Source: Klebsormidium nitens (Eukaryota; Plantae; Klebsormidiophyceae). From it: a stretch of DNA of 64,000 nucleotides. The translations under genes and the position numbers were made by a program. The stretch covers positions 1-64,000 of the forward strand of contig DF237309.1 of the NCBI GenBank assembly GCA_000708835.1. Reading direction: 5' to 3'. Shown in pieces: positions 1 through 10,372 of this stretch (its first letter is position 1; each line of letters starts with the position of its first letter). Under the pieces are notes generated by a model. That model was not told the DNA's origin and made no database searches. It worked only from the letters and a program-made list of their open reading frames with translations.

Positions 1-152
1 AAAACCCTAAAACCCTAAAACCCTAAAACCCTAAAACCCTAAAACCCTAAAACCCTAAAACCCTAAAACCCTAAAACCCTAGAACTCTAAAACCCTAAAA
101 CCCTAAAACCCTAAAACCTTAAAACCTGACAACCCTAAAACCCTAAAACCCA
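1..152 (+). repeat. Telomeric repeat array (AAAACCCT)n = (TTTTAGGG)n on the opposite strand; chromosome end
   Basis: Ten perfect AAAACCCT units at 1-80, then variant units (AGAACTCT, AAAACCTT, AAAACCTGAC) mixed with perfect ones to ~152, as expected for the proximal edge of a telomere. Confidence 0.97.
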
Positions 153-1221
153 GCAATCGCGAGACGGTGTCGGAAGAGATGTTGATCTAGCTAGGCCGCT
201 GACATACCTTGAGCTTGATATTGGGACAACGCGGCATACATCTTTTATGATTCGGTACCGGCGGCCTAGCTTTGTAGCTAGCTTCTGCTTTATATAAATA
301 TATACCGAGTAATCATGATTAATCACAATTAACCACTGGCATGCACATACGTTTCAACGAACCGCAAGACTCGAAGGCTGCATGTTTTGCGCGGCCAGAT
401 CGAACGGAAGTCCCCTTTGCGCAGTTCAAGGATCCACCTAAACTGGCGATTTATATATATGCAAAATCACTTAAATAGTATTGTTTTCGTGTACTATGTC
501 TAGCAATGCCCCTATTAAAGCCAGGCTAGCTGGCCGGGCCTCATGATATTGAAAGTGCAGTCAGTGACCGGACCGAGCCGCCTAGCTGGCTGGCGTACGG
601 TCCGATGGATGCCAATGCAGTGCACGCTGGTTTTATGATTGATCGCTTTATAAAGCATTGACTTTTTGCGTTCCGGGCTACATGAAACCACTTGACACCA
701 GAAACAGCACCCGATCGAACAGCACACTCAATCTAGATTTGGAACAATGCCACATTGGAGTCCCAGAAGGTCGAGCTAGAACGTGTTGTCCAGATTGAAG
801 TTGCAAATCCCGGTTCAGATTGGATTGTGAAAAATATTTGCAGTTGGGAAGAGGGCACCTCCGGATGCAAAAAGATTTGACTAATTTGACACGTATACTT
901 ATTCAAGTGCATGGCCAGTGAGACCAATTTTTTCGGGTCAGCTGCCTCTACGAAATACTAGGTTCCATCTCGAACGGAGAACTTCCAGCGGAAAGTTCAA
1001 GCCAGAGTCAGGTTCATGGTACAAGGCCGGCCATCACAATGTGGCCGCAAAGAATGGCGGTAGTGCACCAACTTGAGTCCAATCTATGTGTGTCACGCTT
1101 GCAACCTTGTGGAGGCGACATCTCAGACCTATTTACCTTTCCGCATTTCTAATGGAGCGCAAACCTACATGATCTGTGCAGGGCCACCAAACACGTTCCC
1201 GAGACCCACCCAGCCCAACGC

Positions 1222-1716
1222 CTAGAGACCCATGGTCTTTTTAAGCATCTTCTTGTAGTCGCGGATGTCGCCATTCCACCGCTCAACCTTCTTCTTGTCG
1301 CACACCCAAATCTCCTTGGCCACTTGGTCAATCAATCGGAAATCGTGACTGACCAGGACCAGCCCACCGTTGTAGTGCTGCAATGGAAGGTGAAATGAGT
1401 TTCAGGCGCACTGTCAGCTCCAACATTCTCGACCCCTATAATCTAAAACCCCAGAGAACTGCGCGCATGAATGTAGCCCTTTAACCCATGGTTCTTGACA
1501 ACCACCTGGATCTTAATACTCTGGAGATTGTCCCAAGCGGGCGGCAATCTTGCCGTCTAGGAAGAGTCTGTCACAGGAACCTCCAGACAGTCGTGTCAGA
1601 CAGCTAGTCTCGTCCAATCCTCGAACGAGCTCCTGTCTTCCTCAGACCCTGGCGGGCTGGTGTGCGGCCTCACCTGGATGGCCTCGGCGAGGGAGTCGAT
1701 GGCCTCAATGTCGAGA

Positions 1717-1747
<31 letters not shown>

Positions 1748-4700
1748 TGGGCGTCTTCATGCACATCATGGCGAACACGACGCGGCTCTTCTGCCCCTCC
1801 GACAGCTCCGCGATCTTGGTCGTCTGCATCTTGCCCGTGATGCCGTAGCGACCGATGAACGCGCGCCACTCGTCCACGTCGCGGCTGAAGGTGGCGTTGT
1901 TGGGCCACGACCTCTGGAAGAACTCGAGCACGGCGCAGCTCTCGTCCAGCTGGTCCACGCTGTGCTGGTGGTACCGCCCGATTGAAAGGTGCGCGTGCCG
2001 GTTCACCTGCCCGCGCGTCGGCATCAGGTCGCCCGCCATCAGCTTGAGCAGCGTGGACTTGCCCGCGCCGTTGGGGCCCACCAGCGCGAGGCGGCTGTCG
2101 CAGTCGATGCCGAACTCCAGGTTGCGGTACAGCATGTCCTCCTCCTTGCCCGAGTACGAGAAGCTCACGTCCACGAACGGCAGCACCGGCGGCGGCAGCT
2201 TGTCGCAGTCGGGGAAGCGAAACTACACCAACAACACCCCAGACATTTAGTCGCCGGACCCATCCCATTAGTCAGGATGCAACTCACGCTGCGAGCTTGC
2301 CGGTTGAAAAGGAGAGGAACAGGCAGGTGAAGGCGTGAGCACCTTTACGGCCGGATGGCTGTTGCAACGAATCCTTGCTGCTAAGACCTCGTGCAGATAC
2401 ACACTTTCTGTCAGCGTTGAGAGTGGATATCAAGGACGAGACGTCGAGCGTGGCGTGCACATGTCAGCGGTTGAGAAGGATGGATCGTGGCTAGCTCTTA
2501 TATTTCCAGCTTATCAGCGTCTACATTATCAACAAGAACCATTCCATCATCCAGAAGAGTACAACCAGGTGGACATGCCACAAACAGCAGGTGGGTTTCA
2601 AAGCCGTTCTCAGCGCAAAGCGCGACGCAACGCCATAAACTTGATATGAAACAGCGCGCGTGGTGCGTTTACCTGGAAGGTCCTGCGCCGTTGGACGGGC
2701 GGCGTGAGGCCGGCGGCCTCCATCTTGTCGAGGATCTTCTGCTTGGACTTGGCCTGCTTCACCAGGTTGGCGAACGTGCCGCACGACGCGATGAAGGCCT
2801 TGATGTGCTTGATGTCGTCCTGCTCCTTCTCGTACTTCTTCTGCTGCACCGTCTCGTTCTCCGACACCGTCTTCATGAACGTGTCGTAGTTGCCCGAGTA
2901 GTACGTCAGCTTGCGCTCGGTGAGCCAGATGATGTTGGTGCACACGCCGTTCAGAAAGTCCTGGCTGTGGCTGATCAGCACCAGGCACTTGTTGTACGTC
3001 TTCAGGTACTCCTCCAGCCACACGCACGCCTCCAGGTCCAAGTGGTTCGTCGGCTCGTCCAGCAACTGCACGCACAAACACGCCGCACTGCGACCGCTCA
3101 GCACAGCAGTGCTAGGGGAGGTAGGGGCCAGGCCTCACAGAGTGCCCACTCAAGGTGCAGCCGAATCAATCAGCAGGGGCACAGACATGGCGGCGTAGCC
3201 CCCGAGAGGTTGTCAGATAACAAAGTGGGCCCATGCGCAAATGTTCACCTTGCCATCAACAAGCTCACGAAGCAACCCTGACAGGTTACAGCTTCAAGAA
3301 GCAAAGCAAAAGCCACCTATCATTGGCTATCCGTATTGAGCTCCGCTACCAACTTCTCAAAGCTGTGAATGCCCTCGCAGAAGCGGGACTGACCAGGAGG
3401 GTGGGCGCCGCGAAGAGCGCGCGCGCAAGGGCGACGCGCATGCGCCATCCTCCGGACATGTCCTTGGTGGCCTTGGCCATCATCTTAGTCCCAAAGCCCA
3501 GGCCGTGCAGCAGCTTGGACGCCTCCGCCTCAAACTGGTTCGGGTCCAGCGACTCCAGGCGCTCGTAGATCAGCTCCAGGCGCTCGTCCTCAGGGCCCGT
3601 TGTGCTCAGGATGTGCTCCTCCGCCGCGTTCAGCCGGCGCACCTCCTCCTTGATGTGGTCCACCACCGCCTGCACACAAGGCACCACGCCACTGCCACTC
3701 AATGACCCAGGTGGCGATGGTGGCACTCAAAGGTGCCTGTTCCCCCCAGGCAGGGACAGGCAGAAACGCTGCCACCCTCAGCCTGTTAAAACTGCTGCGC
3801 AGGGAGTACATACACCTAGCATAACCATCATCCTTATTGCCTCTGTAAACAGTCACTTTCACTGTCCAGTAACTTCAGCGAATGACGCAAGGAATGTGAC
3901 GACAGGAAGAATGACAGCAGGCATGCGACAAACGGCCTTGGGGCTGGTTACTCTGACACCCTGCCCCCTGCTGTGTCTCTCACCTCGAGCGCTGTCCTGT
4001 CGCTGGGCTCTGCCTCCTCGTGCAGGTGGTACAGGTCCATGTGATCGGGGATGGGCACCTGCAGGCACACACAGGCAGCACGTCACACCCCCGCTCGCTA
4101 AGCAGCAGCCCCCGCGCCTTTCTACTGTCTCAACTGTCTCAACCACACATCCTCTGAGTGTCGCAGTCTCAGACTAGCCCTCAGTCCAATCCTGCGAATC
4201 AGTGTCTGGCCGGCAGGCTTGCCACATGACATTAAGTGATTGCTGTGCAGTGAGCTCCTCACCTCGCGTGCTGCAAGGCATTGCAGGAAATTGGTCTTGC
4301 CCGACCCATTGGCTCCGATAAGGCCGTACCGCCGCCCGATGGTGAGCTCAATGGTGCAATCCTGGATGAGCTCCTGCCCATTGAGGCCCATGCTGAACCC
4401 ATCGATCTTGATGTCGCGCGACGTGGGCCGAGACGACAGCACCCCCGTCACTGTGCGCTGGTGGTGATCCGACTGAGGGAGAGGGCGGGGCGGGTCAGCC
4501 AAGGGATGCCAAGACAATTCGTACCACGAGCGAGAGGCAACCAACCAGAGGGCTCGACGTCGCAGCCGTAAGAAAAATGTTGGTAAGTGGACACCGAGTC
4601 AGTCAACATTCAAAGATTAGATAGCGTACAGTCAATATCAGACGCACCATCGCTTGATGGCAATCAGAATGACCAGATTGGTCACTTTCATGGTAATCCC

Positions 4701-5305
4701 TCTATTCCTCTCCGAGTGACAATCCTGATGAAGCATCCAGCACTACGCGGCCCGATGGTTGTGTGCCCCAGCTGATGGTGCCCCTACTCACCGCGGAGCC
4801 ATTTTGTTGGCTGGGTTTATCCAGTATGCTCAAATCTGCCGCACTCCCTGTCATCTTGGACAACTCCGCAGCGCTCTGCACAAGGAGCGGCACTCATCAA
4901 AGGGTTTCCAGAGTTGCAACAGCGGGGCGGCACTGCTCTGGTTCAAAACACATCTTGCAACAGCGGGGCGGCACTGCTCTGGTTCAAAACAAAGCGAGGC
5001 TACATCTCATTGTTACAGCGCAGTAGTGTGCCTCCCCAAGCAAGGCAGTTTTGCTTTCATAAACCCTCAAGAGCCAGCCTCATGGCCAGCATGATCAAAC
5101 CACTCGCAAGGTCTGGGCATGCTACACACGTGGCAGTGGTGTGACCCCCCGTTCCTGCAGATCTGATCTAAGTGGGGCGGGGCAAGTGGTGTGTGCTCAC
5201 CGCGTTGCGCGACACTGCGGGGCTGGACCCTGCGCTGCCATGCAGCTTGATGTTCTGCTTGGCCTTCTTGGCCAGGGCCTTCTTCTTAGATGCATCCGAC
5301 ACCAT
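1222..5305 (-). CDS. ABCF1: ABC transporter F family protein (ABCF1/ABCF2-like, soluble ribosome-associated ATPase); ~8 exons
   Basis: Starts [16 protein letters not shown] at 5305. Two NBDs with Walker A GANGSGKT and GPNGAGKST, signatures MSGGWRMR and LSEGQKSR, and [11 protein letters not shown] twice. Approximate exons 5305-5201, 4878-4792, 4474-4261, 4058-3984, 3670-3389, 3063-2674, 2225-1674, 1377-1222; last exon [16 protein letters not shown]...KKTMGL*. Confidence 0.95.
4914..4991. repeat. Perfect 37-nt direct tandem duplication (period 41) in ABCF1 intron 1
   Basis: TTGCAACAGCGGGGCGGCACTGCTCTGGTTCAAAACA at 4914-4950 and 4955-4991. Confidence 0.9.
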
Positions 5306-6378
5306 GGTCACTGGCGCAGCTGCTGCAGACAACAAACAGAGCAGGCAAGTGGTTACCACCAGCCCACCACGAGCTTCACGAGCTACCAATAGGAAGGTCC
5401 TCATCTGAAAGGCAAACATCCATGCGGTTCCAGACACGGTGGCTTACGTTTTGGGCTACCGTGTTGCTTCAGATACTGGCCCGAGGAATGATGGACACCA
5501 CAACTCAAGGTCGTCCAGATCACTTTGCGGAAGCTTGAGTCACACCATTACCAAAACAGAACATGTTATAAAACTTCAATACCACAAAGGGGGTTTCTCA
5601 GACAAGAACACCTCTTCACATACTTCAAGCCAATGATGCCATAGAAGCGCCCAGCTTCTGCCAAAATCGCCCCCTGTAGATTCATTCAGATCAGAGCCAA
5701 ACAGCAGACTCTTTTTTGCCAAGACATGAGCTTGCCCACAAACATCGCATGAAGACAAAGATCCCGGTTGGACCTGAGCAAGGATGTTCAATGAACGCCG
5801 TGAGATGAGCAAAATCTCACCAGACGACGAGAAGATCTGCACGTGTTGCTCTCAAAAAACCTTGCAAACACCCCTTGACAACTCGACCAATTGCGATCCC
5901 CACAAACTCTGTTCTTCCAAAGGAGCGGATCACAGCGGCACTCAACGTAATTTGCACGACGCCTTCGCGATGATTGTCTCCACTGAAGCAAGGAATTGCT
6001 GCTGGGCGCGATCTAGACTCCTCCTCAACGTCCGGTCCTGCGCTGTTGAGGTTGAATTTGTGCTCTTCTTTGACAAAAAGTTGCTCACTATGGCATGATT
6101 CGCATGATCCGATCTGGCGCCAGCAGTTGGCAGCCGTGCACGTGACTGAATTGGCGCCAGCTGAAGTGAGCGTTTCCGCTTGATCTGATTCTCTGAGCGG
6201 AATACGGTATTAAGAGACTCTAGAGTAAAGGTCTACGCCTGGACGGACGGTTCCGCTCGGGAACGACGCGGACGAAGTGACAATTACCGGAAATTAGGCC
6301 TCGGAGCTGCCGTCCGCGATTTCCAGCCAGCTCTAGTTTGTTGCGAGTCACAAAAGGGAGGCAAGTAGCTTCAGCCCG

Positions 6379-6389
6379 TCCTCTTTCTT
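6379..6389 (+). promoter_or_regulatory. Pyrimidine tract (5'TOP-like) upstream of RPL13A
   Basis: TCCTCTTTCTT about 45 nt upstream of the ATG at 6432; TSS not known. Confidence 0.35.
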
Positions 6390-6431
6390 ACTGAGGCTGC
6401 ACGCTGGGAGGGGCGCTTGCGGCGTGTCAAG

Positions 6432-8649
6432 ATGGTGTCCGGCAGCGGGGTGATCAAGAAGCGGGTGCTCATCGACGCCCGCCACCACATGCTGGGCCGC
6501 CTCGCCAGCATCATCGCCAAGGAGCTGCTCAATGGACAGAGAGTGGTGAGCGCAGCAGCGCAGCGGTTCAGCAGCTCATGTGACAGGCCAGGAGCAGGGT
6601 GATGAGCTTTAGAACCTCTAAAAATGGAGCGGGCTCATTCTGGTTCACGCATGTCCACTGAAACACAGACATACTGTGGGCAACCCTGTGGTAATGGTCT
6701 GCTGTGCTGTGAGATCCATGTGGACCAGCAAACCGTCCAGTCTGTTTATCGTGCTTCGTGTTCAGGGCTACGGAATGCATCTCTTCGCAAAATGGTACGA
6801 AGGTATAGGGTTTTGTGGGGGCTTTCATCGTCTTAGATAGTTTACACTAGTTTGTTGCCGTACAAGTCTGGGGTAATGGTGATGTGCAGACAGCATCGCG
6901 AGCTCGGGCTGTTACTGTCGTTGTGGCCACCTGCAGAAGGACCGCTGTCTTGAGAGAAGGTGGTCCTATGCTGAATTTCACATGGGCGCTTTTTCCCATG
7001 TAGTTTTTGCTCCATCGTCTCCTTTTTGAGGAATCGTTGAACTTGCTGCTGCCGGATTGTACCTTTTTCAGAAGGGCTGCTGGTCAGGCTAGATGGGCAT
7101 GTCTGGACTAAGATTGTTCTTCGTGCTTGGTTGGAGCCAGTTTGTGATCGTGCATTGAGTCAGTCAGTCAACGGCTGGTAATGCTCGTGCTCTGGCAGGT
7201 TGTTGTGCGGACGGAGGAGATTGCGGTGTCGGGCGGGCTTGTCCGGCAAAAGATGAAGTACCTGCGCTTCCTGCGTAAGCGGATGAACACCAAGCCAAGC
7301 AAAGGGCCCCATCACTTCCGGTCCCCCGCCCGGATTCTTTGGAGGACTATCCGAGGGTGAGCATAAATGCGCCTCACAGCGGACGGCAGTGGAATGGACA
7401 CAGTGGACTGATACGCATAGCGAGAATTACGTATCTTTCAATGTTGTTGAATATATAGATTTGTTTGGCAGAGAGCGGTCATGATTGATCAGGAGGGCAA
7501 GGTGCCGAAGCAACAACTGGTGCAGACCGCGGTCGTCATGCGTTGAGGTTAGAAGTGGCAGAAGCAACCACTGGTGCCGATCGCGGTCGAGATGCATGAG
7601 GTTAGAAGCGGCAGCCAAAAAGTCTAAAAAAGTGGCGGGGCTGGACGATGTTTCAGGGAAGTGTGCCTGCAGGATCCTGCTCTTTCATAAGAGAGATACA
7701 TGTAGGCTGGGGCCTAACCAATGTAGATGCTGCAAAGCTGCATTGCCGGACTTGATATGAAGACTTGATATGAGATGCCCGCCTGGAACACACCATCCGG
7801 CAATGGGAGATGGTTTGTTGGAAGATGCTGTGCCTCAGTGATATGCTCTTTTGGAATCTGAACACAGTACTTGAGCAAGGGAGCTGCTCATTTTCCTACA
7901 GATGTTAGCGCGCTAAGACTCAATTTGGAGTCTGGCGGCCTTGCGTTGGTCAGGTTCATGATTGTCTCCAGTTCAATTGTGGATGACTAACCTCAACAAT
8001 CGTATCCACCAAGTTTCCGCGAGAAACATGCACCTGCCCTGTTGGCACACTTTCTGCTCGCTGCCTGACGCTGCTGTTCGTTGTTTCCCCAGCATGATCC
8101 CCCACAAGACCAAGCGCGGCGCGGAGGCCCTGGAGCGGTTCAAGGCGTTTGAGGGCATCCCCGCGCCGTACGATCGGATGAAGCGCTTTGTGGTGCCGGA
8201 CGCGCTCAAGGTGCTGCGGCTGCAGCCGGGGCACAAGTACTGCCTGCTGGGGAAGCTGAGCGAGGAGGTCGGCTGGCACCACAGCGCCACCATCAAGGAG
8301 CTCGAGGAGAAGCGCAAGGCCAAGTCCGCCGCCTTCTACACCAAGAAGAAGGTCAGCCACCCCTTGGAGACTGGGCAAGGGTTGATAGGCAGCTTCTTGC
8401 CAGTGACCGCTTCTTGATTGATATGCAATCTGGGATGTGTTATCGTTGTGAGCAGCCCCTCTTTCAATTGTGCTGCAACCCTTTTGTCGCCTCGCCTGAA
8501 GTGACTGGAAACTACCTGACAGCCTCGTTTCTCTGTTTTGTTTCCAGGAGCTAGTGCAGCTGCGGTTGAAGGCCACCAAGAACGCCGCCAAGGCGCTGGA
8601 GCCCATGGAGAAGGTGCTGGCCCCTCTCTCGTACAAGGCCGCTGCATAG
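6432..8649 (+). CDS. RPL13A: 60S ribosomal protein L13a (uL13); 4 exons
   Basis: [38 protein letters not shown] | VVRTEEI...[34 protein letters not shown] | [27 protein letters not shown]...KKK | ELVQLRLKA...KAAA*. Exons ~6432-6546, 7199-7356, 8093-8351, 8548-8649. Confidence 0.97.
7507..7613. repeat. Imperfect ~54-nt tandem duplication in RPL13A intron 2
   Basis: GAAGCAACAACTGGTGCAGACCGCGGTCG...GAGGTTAGAAGTGGCA followed directly by GAAGCAACCACTGGTGCCGATCGCGGTCG...GAGGTTAGAAGCGGCA. Confidence 0.8.
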
Positions 8650-10372
8650 GGACACGAAGTCGAATTTGACAACTGTTTTCATACAATCGTCAGCTCATCT
8701 CAGGTCTCCAAGAGCATGCCACTTCAATGTGTGAAGCGCAAGAATGACAGCCATCTTCATGTTCGAACCAAGATGAAGCTACTGCTATTGATCGATGATG
8801 AGGAGTTACGAGACTCGCAATTTCTTTGGGGTATGCGGGGTCGGAGGCTCTAGCAAAGGAGCATGGTTTGTAGCCGCGAGCAGCTATTCCTATCCTGCTT
8901 GTGCGCATCTTGGTATGTGACGGTCCCTGCCTAACATTCGCATTGCATACTAAACAGTCGTGCCACCAACATTGCATGTACAGCATATTGTGCATCCCGG
9001 ATCGATCGGGGCTCTGGCATGGGGTGTGCATGGTCGCATGCAATGTTTGAAATCTAGTCTGGTGAACATGGATTGGTAGCTAGTACGTCGATCAAATCCG
9101 ACTTTGCACATGGGCACTGCAGTCAGATCGATTCACTGAGTCAATGATAAGTTATAGCTGCAATTGTTTGCTGCCGCGCCGCGCGTGCATGAGCTATAGT
9201 GACAGCGACGAGCCTGACCTAGTGCAGTCATGCATGCTCAGCTGTATAGTTTTACACTTTTGTTGCAGCTAGTACCATGAGTCGCGCCAGCAATTAGTAT
9301 AGATAGCTATCTAGCTTGAAATTGCAATTACCGTAGTATTTGATCGACCAAGTATCTCGATCGTATACTCTATAAGCTGAACTTTGTAATTCAATGTTAC
9401 AGCCATGTCGCATTGAAATAAGCAAATCATTAATAGGCCTCCGCTCACAGCTCGTCTTGTTAAGAGTCATGGTATGGTCGATGGTACTGCTGTACATAGT
9501 GATATTGCTAGCTTGCTACCGTAACGTAAGCTCGAGTTCAATTGAACACAAAGCATGCCACATGCCATGGTGCAACTAAACCATTCCGTTCGCGGATGCA
9601 TGGCCGGTCAGCTCAGTCCGACTAGTCGGACGGTATACATCTGGCAAAATTTTCAATGCACGAGTGGCACCCAGCATGCATGCATATGATGTTTTGACAG
9701 TCACTTGAGATGCAAACAATTCCGAGTTGTATGCATTCAGTTTACAAGCTTTTAGCGTACAAGCAAGTGATGAGTGAGGTCAGACCAACCATCGAATAGT
9801 GTTAGCCGATTTGCTGACACAGACCAGACGTTTACACTTTCTAGACTCGAGACTACTAGCTTTCTAGACGTGGCTTGAATCCTGAGGACCGGTGTGCTCT
9901 TCCTCGCCGTCGTACTCGTCCTCATCCATCCCGGAAATCCGCTTAATTTGTTCTACATGGTCGTTGAGTGCAGTTTGCACAGGAAAGTCGCGCGAGAGCT
10001 CCAAGTCCATGCCTGCCAGCGAGGAAAAGTAACGCTTCAGAGCTCGAAGCTCGGGACTACGGTTCCAGATAGCAGGGCTGGTCAAAGCCCATGATAAAGC
10101 AGACATGCGAAGTCTACATGTAATCAAGAAAAGCCGCAGATCGGCTGTGGGGTTTTGCAGCAAAACTCAACACTAAACTGCAGGTCACCAGGTCTCTCTA
10201 CCACTTGTCTACTTGCTGTCCTACGCATTAGCAGCTCTCAAAGACCCTACGGTTGCACCCCCCCAGGCTTCCGTGCATCGGCAGTGTGCGGGGGCAAGGG
10301 GGCGCCTCACTCACCTCGGGGGGGAGCGAGACCAGCCAGCGCCCACCCTTGTGCTCTAGCGTGACCATGCAC

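Noticed and set aside
6599-6661. Possible C/D snoRNA in RPL13A intron 1 (GTGATGA ... CTGA)
   Set aside because: Boxes are present at a plausible spacing, but I see no terminal stem and cannot match the antisense segment to an rRNA target; a snoscan/Rfam search would be needed
6806-6814. Telo-box-like TAGGGTTTT in RPL13A intron 1 (and AAACCCTA at 30761-30768)
   Set aside because: Single 8-9-mers expected by chance in 64 kb; no accompanying site II cluster
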